This document shows positions 12,644-23,700 of a DNA stretch of 64,000 nt, in pieces. Each line of letters begins with the position of its first letter. Within the stretch, counting starts at the first letter, position 1. The translations under genes were made by a program, and so were the position numbers. Source of the stretch: Carcharhinus longimanus (Eukaryota); assembly GCA_030264375.1 (NCBI GenBank), contig JASCQW010000154.1, forward strand, positions 4,021,371 through 4,085,370, given 5' to 3'. The notes below the pieces were generated by a model. It saw only the letters and a program-made list of their open reading frames with translations. It was not told where the DNA came from and made no database searches.

Positions 12644-14120
12644 TTTAATTATTTTCAGGAGAATGTTTCTGAACATTTATCCGTTTGACAAGAACATTGA
12701 TTAAGGGAAGTCATATTAATATTTTACGAAAAAGTTCCCCAACAAAATATATACGTGTTTAAAATTATTGGTTCTAACCTTCTTGGTAGTTTTTGAAATA
12801 CTCCCATGTGGTACCTTAACCCCAAACACTGAGCATTAAAGAAATGCTTCTTATATTTTTCAAACAAAATAATCGACATCCTATAAATGTATGACTGCGA
12901 GTTTTCTATATACACGGGATAATGCCACGCAACTGAGACATAAGGCTGAAGTTAGGTTATAAGCTGCCTCAATTAATGAACGGAAACTTTTAAAATTGTT
13001 TTAATTTGATTTTTTTCCCCTGGATCTGACTGTTGATAGAGGCGGAGAGATTTGATTTCGCCGTTGTTGTCAGATATTTCCGGGAAAAAATCCTCTCGGC
13101 CTAATTTTAACTATTATACTTTTAACAAAAACGGGATGAATTAGATTCTGGCCAGAATTTGCAACATGCTGGGCCTTTTCACGTATCCTTGAAAGAAGTT
13201 CTACTGGTGCTCGTGTTTCTTAAAAGAAAATAGTCATCATTTGTGATAAATAATGCTTAAGTTTCAGTTGCTGCATTTTCTGTAGCAATTTCCTTTCTCC
13301 TCCTGTTTTTCATAATGTAATGAATAAGAATTTATAGCTGTAATAATACGTTGCTGGAACAGTCCATCGCCGCAGTGTTATTACCGTTACGTCTTGTTTC
13401 ATTGATAGATGAGAACTAAGCTTTTGTGACCCCGATACAAAAAAATAAGCCAAATGAGAACATTCATTAATGCAATAAAGATTCATCTGAGGCAGACTTT
13501 GCTACGAATATTTTAGCATCGTGGTGCTGAGTTAAATCAAATATTGATGGATTTTGATATAATAGTTGGTAATGTTTAAATAATTAAACTGATTGCGCCA
13601 CACATAAAACAACGAAATACTTGGAAATATGGAAAGAAAGCATTTGGAAACTTCAATAATTAGCTTCCACCCCTCCCATTTTTTTTAAAGTGCCTGCCTT
13701 TGCAGCTCCATGATCAATCTACTTCATACCAAATAAACCATCAGTTTGTGTAAGTGATCAGATTTTTATAAGGTCACGTTTTTATTAGGATGGTAATATC
13801 CCTATCTCCATAACCTCAGTTTGCGACAGGCGTGGCCAACGCCATCCATAAACTGCCATTAACTATTCATATATGCAGTGTAGATGCGACCTTTGACCTT
13901 CCCAAATCTAAATGAGTTGCTATATACCCTTTATCTTAACATTTCCACATTGTACGAAATAATTCTAACGCTGGTTTGAAAAAAGGCGAATTTTTGTCTT
14001 AAAACCTGGCACGTCAGGGAGAGAAGAGAGAAGCTTCCATCTAGTCCAAAGTTGACCCTAACCGAGGAGCTTACGAACGCTTAATCAACAGTGACCCAGA
14101 CTACTGAATTAATTTCGGCG

Positions 14121-14137
14121 TGAACTCTCCGTGAACC
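14121..14137 (-). promoter_or_regulatory. DR5 retinoic acid response element, 3' of HoxB1
   Basis: GGTTCA cggag AGTTCA. Matches the Hox1 3' DR5 type in sequence and position. Confidence 0.88.
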
Positions 14138-17100
14138 AAAGACTAGTGAAGGAGAGCTGACTTCTTGTGGCTGGCCCTGGGCAAACCTTTCAGCCTGAGT
14201 AAATATTGAACGAGTCCAGCTGATGGCCGAAATGAAATGGTCCTGTCAGGCAAAAGTAAACTTAAAGGGGATATACCCAAATGAGCTGAAAATTATCCAG
14301 CCACTTCCTCATTGTTTTCCATTCAGGTCAAACTCTCCTTCACCTGCCTGCTGAGTAAAGATACACAGAGGTGATCAGTAATTAAATGGAGAAGGGACAA
14401 GTTGCTGTCAAATGCACCTTCACATTCTCAGTACCCTTTAAAACCTTAACTGAAAAACACAGGAAACAACTGATGGTAAAACAACATTCTTCACAAGTTA
14501 ATAACTTGCACATATGCATACTCAAAAGTTTAATTCCTGTCGTTTTTCAGGGAAGTGAAAATTAGATAAGACGCCGACCTGATCCGACTTTCTAAATAAG
14601 TGATCTGATTTGGAAGCGGCCAGGGTACTTTAATAAGATAGAAAGTGAATTGAATCGGATTAGCAACTATGCTCTGGACAATTCAGAAATCATGTCCCAT
14701 ACACCAGGGGGAGGATCAGTCTCCATTTGGGAACTTCAAAAATGAGCTTCTAATCCCCCACCCCTCCCCGTAATTCGTATATAATTCCCCTCTCTGCTAC
14801 TGCGCAAGTTGTAGTACAGTAAGAAGTCTCACAACACCTTCTTACTGTGTTTACCCCAGTCCAACACCGGCATCTCCACATCAAGTTGTAGTAACCAGGG
14901 CAGTAATTGAACTTTACGAGCAATATTTGATGTAACATTTTCAGGCAAATATTTTGTGATGATAGGCTGAATAGACAGTGACGTATTGCTGAAAAAGATG
15001 TTTATTTTGTGAAATAGAAATGTCGTGGTTATAGGCTGAATATCAATGCAGAGGAGCTGAAATCCTGGAAGTTATTTAAACTTTTGCCGATTGTTATCTT
15101 CGTAAAGTTGATTATAAGTTCCCTGTTTGCTTTTCGTTAAATACAAGAAGTATTTAATTTTGAGACGCGTGAAGTTGCAGCCAATTCAACACCAGTCTTG
15201 TGGAGAGAAAAACACCAATGACAAAGGTCTGTTAATGGTTCAAAGGGAACCGTCATAAATTTTATGACTGCGGTTTCCTTTACATCAAAAGGTATCACAT
15301 AGGGAGGTTAACCCAGCACCACCCCCCCCAAAAAAAAACACAAGTGCAATTAACACAAAGTCGTCAGGAGCAGATGGCTGTGTCTTTGCACTCAGGACAG
15401 AAGTCCCTTTGAAATTACTTCTTTTTTGAACCAAATCCTCTACGGCTATGAAGAACAAGAGAATTCCGAACCTTAGCTTTTATTTATTTTCAGCTTTCTC
15501 GCGATGTTTTTGGGGATGAACACTGGAGTCATTTGTTTATTTACATATTTACCGAGATGGGAGGGGGGAACGCGAGGGCTGTTGCAGCTTTTTGCTGGAG
15601 TCATCACTCCGAATACTCCTTCTCATTCAAAATGAATTTCAAAGGCAGGCTTGAAAAAAGTGCGACACGAGAACTATGTGAATCGCCCCAGAGTTTGTAA
15701 TTAAAGGGCTGGAACAGTGTGCGGTTGTCAGTGAAAATAAAATGTTGACCCAAGAGTCACTTTACATCAAAACTGTTAGACAGTATTTATTATTGTGGAC
15801 GAATTCCTTAGATGTTTACAGTAAAAGTGCACAAAATGCCCCATAACCTGAGGGAACCGGGCAGTTTGCAGCGTTTTCCTCTTAACAACTTCCCGATTTC
15901 ATTGGAAGGCTGTTCTTGTCTTTTGTCTCCGCAACACAAACCAACTCAGAAGGATTCCCTGGTTACATCATTGTTCTCCAGCACATATATTCAGTTGAAA
16001 ATGGATGTTTTATCGATGAGGCTTTGCAATGTGCCGCTTCGGGCGGAGTTTATGGTATTCTTAGGCGCAAGTAGAAATCAACATGCTGTGAAATGAAAAT
16101 AACTGCTGCCGGAAATCAAATTTGCACTAAACAACACTTTCCAAGAAACAACACCACATCTCTTTATTCCCAAGAACGGGCTCTCTCGGATCAGGCTGTA
16201 CTAATTCCTTCCCTTTGCATTTTTAGATATAACTTGGCCTACTTCCTCAATGTAGTCGCTTTGTTCCACAATCAATACTCTAACTTTAAATCAGATTAAG
16301 CTGACTCTGGTCTAACTTTCCTTGTGCAGTTTTCCACATGAGTAGACTCTTCTAAAGGTGACGGTAGCACCGGTGAAAAAAAAATTCCAAGAGATCTTTC
16401 AACCGTTTTGTTTTGCCGAATAAAACATTTCGGGTTTAAGTTTGTCAAGGCGTTTGTGATGGGAGGGCTCAGTGTGTGTAATGTGTGCGATTCTGATTTT
16501 TGTGTGTGAATATTGAACATGTAATTTATACTTCTGCATATCTGTGTGGATGTGTAAATAACTATGTTACAGTACGTTTGGGATTATATATGAATGTTTA
16601 CATTTTGTGCAAAAGCTATAATGTATGCTTGAGAGTACGCGCCGTACCTCAGAATGGGACTCGATACTTACAACTGAATCATGTGTGTTAGTTTATATAG
16701 GTCACAATGTATATATCGAATGGATTTATTTAGAAATGAAAGCGTAACGCATTATTGCATTGTTTTAAATTCGATAAATGAATCTGGCCTATTCCAGTCA
16801 CCACACAATATTTAGGCAGCGGCTATTATGGAATAATGGTTTTTTTTTAGATGTGACCACATTTTCCACCTAGATTTATGCCACAAGAACCAACCGGCAT
16901 GTAAATCTACCAATAGGGAAAATAAATTTCAATCTTTCCCGGATGTTGACTTTTGAAGCCATCAGTCCAGTTTTATTGTATTAATTGTACCCCTCAGTTT
17001 ACTCTGAATTTTGCCAGTCTCTTCATTCTCTCTCTCTGTTATGTATAATGTAGATATACATGTAAAAAGTTAGAGTTCTCCGCCTGAGATGAACAATGGT

Positions 17101-17153
17101 GTAATCTTCAGGCTACTTTTGTTGACTTGTTTGTTAATCCCAGAGGCGTTTGG

Positions 17154-17167
17154 AGGTAAAAAGGTCA
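17154..17167 (+). promoter_or_regulatory. DR2 RARE, 3' of HoxB1 (early neural enhancer)
   Basis: AGGTAA aa AGGTCA, the same as the Hoxb1 3' DR2 as I recall it, about 1.6 kb past the stop codon. Confidence 0.9.
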
Positions 17168-18796
17168 CTCGTACATCCGGAGTTTGCTCTTGCATTCCTC
17201 GCTTTGCCTATGCATTTCTTTTAAAGAGGCTGTCGCTCGTGTTTGTTTAATGTCGTTCACGAACGATATTCAACCTACAAGAAGTGACTGCTTCGTTTGA
17301 GATTCCAGCAGTGCCGAGTACATTGGATTAAATATTTCCTGAAATTACCCATATTTGCAGTCACTGGCTGTTGTTTTGAGCTGTTGATCTTATTTGCATT
17401 TCTTAAAGTTCTTGTATTTTTTCATCAGAAGGGCAACTTCAATGTCCCAAATAGCAGCCATTCAGTGATCTTGTTTTGTGTGTTGTTTTACTTAAGCACC
17501 ACTAGCAGACAAATTATTGACTATAAATTGGAATATTTTGTGGTCAAAGTGTAATAACCACAAGGAACAAAATACAGCTCAAGGTCATTGTATTATCTTT
17601 GATATTAAAGCTCCATCATTGAGCCTCCCATCTTATATAACTTGTATTATTTGAAGAAAGACAGACAACAGGAATGAAAACAGTCAGGAAGCAAATTGTG
17701 TTATAATAAGTAAATTGATTTTTATTGGAATGAGGTAGCTGAACACTAGGGTTGTAATTTGAACGAGGTAAGCATGTTGGAAGGGCTGTTAAACAGGTTG
17801 AGAAACCTAAACTGATAAAACTCAGTAAAACAGCTGAATGACAGACAGCATGATCACCTGAGGTAGAATTACTGCGGTCGCCATGTCTCGTGACATGGGC
17901 GATGATACTTTCTGAAAATGTGCTGCTGTCGCCTTTCCGAGTGAAATCGTACTCTCGACCATCAAAGGCCAGAGGAAATCTTTGTGGGTGCATATTCTCA
18001 CATTACAACACATTTGGCATCAGAGCGGATTCACTCCAAACTTCTTCACAATCGATACCATCAAATACCTGCTCCCACTCTTAAAAACTGAGAAGTCAAA
18101 CATTTTCTGAATTATTATTTTTTTTCTGGAAACGTTTGGTTTGGTTGTAACAGTTTCTGGTTTAGGGACAAACAAACTTCGATAACTCAATAGAAACAAT
18201 ATAAAATGCCAGAAAAGTGAAGAAACGAGATTAGTATTTGTCTGTTAACATTTAATACGCGTCTGCTACACTTTCCACTCAATTTTTTCAAATCTTCATC
18301 TCTTTTCTAAGCCTAACATGTATCTTTTTAATCGATAACCCTGTTACAGTATTAGTAGTGCAATCAAAAGTACCACAGATTTCATAAAACACACTCCACA
18401 CTGCAGAATGACGGTATGTTTTTTTCTCAATTTCCTATATATACAAACAATTCCGTCTGAAATCACGTTTCTTAAATATAAAATAGAGTGAGATCTACAC
18501 CTATGCATAGACAGCAAGGCTGTGTGAAACCAGACTCCCTGAAAAGTTACCAATAACTTAAGGCGGGATGTCAAATCGCAATATGATGTACAGTATTACA
18601 ATCATCGGTATCAAAATGTGGGATGGAATTCTGCCATTGTAAACATGGGAAAAGTGCAATGCTTTTTTTTGGTAATTTCCCTGAGTATAGCACAATAAAG
18701 AAGGGCAAATGACATTAGTAAATTGTAATGAAAGAAATTGAAGTCATATTATCCCCTTTTTATATAAAAAGGTACTGTTATTTTTGATAGCCTGAG

Positions 18797-19140
18797 TTAA
18801 GAGGTCTGGATGTTCTCTGATGTCGACGATCTGGGTGATGTGGATGGAGAGGTAGTTGATGACTTGTCCGATCCGTCCCCAGTTTCCTTTGCAGTGTTAA
18901 CCGCCAAGTGGGGGGCAAATCCCTCTTTTTCCCGCTTCTTCTGCTTCATTCTACGGTTCTGGAACCAGATTTTTACTTGGGTTTCATTCAGCTCCAGCGT
19001 GGCCGCTATCTCCACTCTCCTGGCGCGGGTGAGATACTTGTTAAAATGGAATTCTTTCTCCAACTCTGTTAATTGCTTGGTGGTGAAATTGGTGCGCATT
19101 GTATTGGTCTGGCCACCTAACCCATAATCAGCAATTCTGG
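18797..19140 (-). CDS. hoxb1: HoxB1 exon 2, homeodomain
   Basis: Polypyrimidine/CAG acceptor ending at 19141. Encodes [56 protein letters not shown]; ATLELN is B1-like rather than A1-like (ASLQLN). Spliced length would be 311 aa without the premature stop. Confidence 0.96.
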
Positions 19141-19895
19141 CTGCAAAAAAAACGAAAAGGAATACAATTAGATCGACCCGACATGAACAAGCACCCCTCC
19201 CCCACCCGCCAGCATTAACCAACAACTTCAGCACTTAGTGTTCCGGAACTTGATAGAAGCAAGAGATAAAATACAAGACGAGGCTTTTAGGCTGAATCTA
19301 AACCATCTCGTTGAACGACATGATTCTAAGACATAACAATAAACCTTAATTAAGTCATTGAAAATTCAACGCGAAACACTTGCTCCCTCCTCTTGAGTTT
19401 TTCAAATACATATTGGGTCAACTTATTTTCAGAAAGATGCATCTTAAATAACAAATGAGCAACTTGTATACAGATGTGAAGTTACAGCGAATGGGGTTAC
19501 ATGGACAGACCCTTGCACATCACATTTAAAGCTTCAGTCCCATTTTCCACAAGCAGCAGTCTGTCATTTTCAGATCAGTTTCATAAATTCAGAATCAACC
19601 GAACATTCATCTCTTATTTACTCCAATTGATTCCGGGGAGGGGGAGGGGCGCCAGCAAATGGGTGATTGCAAAACCCATTCGAATATTGTAGGTCTTATT
19701 TTGCAAAGTTCATATAGAGGGCAAAGTATTTTTCATTCACTGCAGACGATTTTGGAAGCAAAAACGTGCTAACGTCAGAGTTATTTTACAATTTGGAAGA
19801 ATTAAATTGTAAAAGTTGGGAAGTGTTTGAATTGAATTTTCGCCAGTTTTTATTTGACTCAGGGTGGAAATGATTCAAACATGTCTCATACTAAC

Positions 19896-20487
19896 CTGTT
19901 TTAGGAGGGTTTCTTTTCACTTTCATCCAGTCAAACGTCTGGCCCGTTGAAGATGAATCAGAGGTGCAGGAAGGTTCCTTTTCCCCTTCTTGAGATGGAG
20001 ACAGATTAGCATAAATCCCATACGCCAAACCCTGTTGCTCTTGGCCGTAGGAATGCTGGTACTGGCCCAGCCCTGTGACTCCACAATAACCTTCTGAAAG
20101 CGGATTGACAGTGGATGCAATATTGCCAGTGTACCCCGAGCTTTGGAAGTATGCCCCATCCGAATCTTGGTTGAAAAAGTAATGGTGATTGTAAACCGGA
20201 TTGCAAGTTTGGGTCGTAGAGTTGTTGGGACCTGAACTGGCGCATGGGTTCCCCAGACTGGAATGATGCGAATAACTGGCTGGCTGGTGCTGATGCTGGA
20301 GTGTATTGTGCGCGTTTCCTCCTACTAAGAATCGTCCATCACCATTGTAATTGTCAACGTTACCTGCACAAGGAGCGAAAGCTGTTATCCCTTGTTCTTA
20401 ATGGTGGTAACCCTTGGATGAGTAGGCGCTCGTCCCACGATTACAAATTGCGTACTCTAAGAAGGAGTTCATCCTGGTATTGTCCAT
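19896..20487 (-). CDS. hoxb1: HoxB1 exon 1 (contains in-frame TAA at codon 30, 20398-20400)
   Basis: Manual translation from ATG at 20487: MDNTRMNSFLEYAICNRGTSAYSSKGYHH*EQGITAFAPC...QTFDWMKVKRNPPKT. Has the paralog-group-1 N-terminus and FDWMK hexapeptide, with a phase-1 GT donor at 19895. Absent from the ORF track because of the stop. Confidence 0.93.
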
Positions 20488-20672
20488 CTGCCAGTGATGG
20501 ACGGTCAACCTGTTCGGGATTCTCCCTGCCCCTGAAACCCCAAGCACTATGTCACCCAGTCAACTTCCTCCATGGCTCGCTGGCAATCAAACGATATCAG
20601 TCAAGAAGACATTCACGTGACCCCGAGTCACCAATGGCAAGGGACCTCCTGATGTTAGTGAACTGTATGAGG

Positions 20673-20737
20673 TGATCCATCACCGCGGTGACATTTACAT
20701 CACAAAAGCTTTCAATCAAAGTTATCCGCATCAATCT
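20673..20737 (-). promoter_or_regulatory. HoxB1 rhombomere-4 autoregulatory element
   Basis: Minus strand, in canonical order: R1 AGATTGATGC (20728-20737), R2 TGATTGAAAG (20709-20718), Sox/Oct CTTTTGTGATGTAAAT (20693-20708), TGTCA Meis/Prep core (20689-20693), R3 TGATGGATCA (20673-20682). Confidence 0.88.
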
Positions 20738-23700
20738 GATAGCAACACTTAAACGTCAAATCGGTCTTCAATAAGGGGGGGGGGGGAGGTGGAGAGAAAG
20801 TTGGAATTATTCAAGATTGTCTTTAAAGTGTTAAAAAGATTTAGTCAAAGCAAGAACTACAGCTGCCTACAACTTGGGCATAATATCTTACAGGAGCACG
20901 GCAGAGCTCAAGTAGGTCATATAGTATATATATTTCAATGTTTTACTTGAATAATACAAATAATAAGAGAAAAACCTTTGCGTTCTTGTCGATTAGAACA
21001 GTTTTTATTTGAAAGAGAATCGCGATAAAAGGTGCATAGCATCTCGCTTAACTTCGTTTGTAAAAGTCTAGACTACATGGAAATTAATCAAACGTCAATG
21101 CCCAAATACAGAAAACATGTGGTGAGGAGGAGTTATAAAATAAAGCATCCGGTTGAAATAAATTGCGATGATCTTTTGGCGATTGCTGTATTGGATTAAA
21201 AGCTATGAGATGTCCATATGATTTTTGGAAATGTAATGTTCCTCATGGGATGTTTGATAAAAGGTCTCATAACCAATGTAATATAGATGAGTATTACCCT
21301 GTTAGAATTGCATGTTGCTTAATTACCGTTTTTTATATCCCAATTTTGTAATTCGTTGGGATCTGCTATAGAGTCATAAAACCATGGGTTAAATTTAGAA
21401 GTGTATTGTAATAAAACATATTCATGTTGTCATTTCTATTCCTTTAGTGAAACTGTATAGGGAATTCAATGAAATGCAAAACATTAAAAATACAATGTCA
21501 ATCCGACAGAATATTCCCCATAATTTGAGAGTTGAACCAAAAATAATGTATATTTAAAAGGCTTATTACGACGCCATGGAAGTGATCGCTTTGCGGAGTA
21601 ATGCATCCAGTCAAATCATCAATAATGTATCTTCAAGAAAATAAGTTAAGTAGACTATATGCTTTTTTATTTAAAAACATTTTTGCAAAAAAAATTGAGG
21701 CATTTATCTTTTATATCCTTAGTCTTACTATAACGTTTACGGGTATCTGTAATAGATGCAGTGCTGACAGCATTACGGGAGAAATCAGTCATCTACTTTC
21801 TCAGTGGGTGCCATACATTACTTCCCAGCACCAGGACTGAAGTTTTGACGATTGTACACGAGAGGGGAGAGGGGGAGGGGGCGTTATTCAGTGGATCATA
21901 AATATTTCCTCGTCTAAAGTTTTGAAATGCATCTTACCTAAGTCAGCAAACTCAAGTCAACTAAAAGTGGCAGAATAGCCTGACNNNNNNNNNNNNNNNN
22001 NNNNNNNNNNNNNNNNNNNNNNNNNNNNNNNNNNNNNNNNNNNNNNNNNNNNNNNNNNNNNNNNNNNNNNNNNNNNNNNNNNNNCAAAGTGAATAGTGAT
22101 CATTCATATTTTGGAGGAATTGAAAGCATCTCGAACAATGTCCTTCACAGTCGAGTTTCGTTAGCTGTCAGGAAATGTACTATTATCTCAACATTTAAGC
22201 ACGTTTAATATGTTTGACATAATAAGATGGTTTTCCCTTTACATTCTGGGTTATCACATATATACACACAGTTTAGTGGTGATTAGCTAGAAGCCCGGGG
22301 CCTACAATTATACTAATTTACTCAGTTAACAGAAAAAGATTAATTGTACAGTATGTGATGTGTCACTGTTGCACCTAGACATTCGAGCTGTTCGTCGTCC
22401 GCCATCTGTTAGGTTCATGGAGAGCTTATATTTTCTACATAATGATACCTTATCACTGTCACCGAATTCAAGAAACATTATTTTTGCCTTCACTCATTCA
22501 GTCGGTGGATCCATATGTCAAAGGCAGCTCTGGCAGCGAGCAATTTAAATGTTTGATGTCAGCTCCATTTTGCTGCTGCTTATTATTGCATTCTTCTCTT
22601 TAGGGAGGTGGAGAAAGGGGGAGAGAAATAAAGAAATAGATGGATATTTTCAGTTACAAAGGGAGGAATGCGAAAGAAAATGAATAGAACGAGGAAANNN
22701 NNNNNNNNNAGGAATAGGGATAGAGAAGGCGAGAGGTACAGATGACAAAGTGTGGAGAGGAAGAAAGAGAATGTGGCACAGAAATGTGTGAAAGAAGGAT
22801 GACAAAAAGAGAATGAAAGCACGATGTGTGCATGAAATGAGCTAGAGAGAGAGCGGAGTTATTTAATGATATAACTATCAATGAGTTTTATTACAACTAG
22901 ACAAAACTCGCAAATGTTACTTTAATTGTCAGAATTCCGAAAGAAACCCTCAATACTGGATGATGGTCTACAAAAACAAAATGAATCTTTGGATTGCAAT
23001 ATAACATATAAGTAACTCAGCAAAGTTTTCTGACAGTAATGTCCCAAGTATTGTCATTTGCTGGAGTTTCACTGAACCGGTGATTTAACACGTGCTGACA
23101 CAGGATTGTGAATGAGCGCCATATATGTTGTTCATCGACCGGCTGCTTTTGCAGGCTGCCAGATGTAGCCAGTATTGACCGAACAGACGACCTCTGGCGA
23201 GTAAAACTTATGGGTTGGCAAAACTGTACAGCCACTATGAAGCAGTATGCTTTGTTAGTGTTCGCTTTAGTTGTTGCATTTCGAGTAGACGTGTGTCCGA
23301 CCATGCATCCACCGCGTAGCCTTACACCTATTATGAAAGACATTTAATTAATCAATTGAAAATAACTGTACTGACACAGATTACTTAATAAACCAGCAAT
23401 TTCCATTTAAGCTGCCTGTAAATGGAAAGAAGGTGGTTGACAGAAATGAATAGTACTTTCAAGCCATTCTGAATTGTTTTATTGATTGCGATAGTTGGGA
23501 AGCAGGGATAATGCATTTGATACCATATTATGCAATATTAGTTACAAGCATTTAGCTGAAGTCAACTAAATACGTTCAATTTTCAGCGGTCCAAGTTCCA
23601 AAATCTTTGATAAAAGCAAAAAAATGTAAAAGCTAACGTGCATTGAAACTAGGCGAATTCTATCCTATCCGGTCATAATTGTAATTATGTGTTCAGAAGC

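Noticed and set aside
14700-14716. CTCF-like ACACCAGGGGGAGG
   Set aside because: Mismatches at key motif positions; cannot be called without motif scoring or ChIP.
18810-19127. Antisense ORFs over Hox exons (also 30244-30522, 35815-36093, 36980-37243)
   Set aside because: Expected stop-poor reverse frames of coding exons.
20244-20675. 143-aa plus-strand ORF
   Set aside because: Antisense shadow of HoxB1 exon 1 and its promoter, with no recognisable protein features.
20900-20920. Possible HoxB1 5' repressor RARE (AGCTCA agt AGGTCA)
   Set aside because: The spacing is 3, not the DR2 described for that element, so it cannot be supported.
21935-21950. CCTAAGTCAGCA resembling the Hoxb3 kreisler site
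   Set aside because: Wrong location (HoxB1-HoxB2 interval) and no supporting neighbouring motifs.
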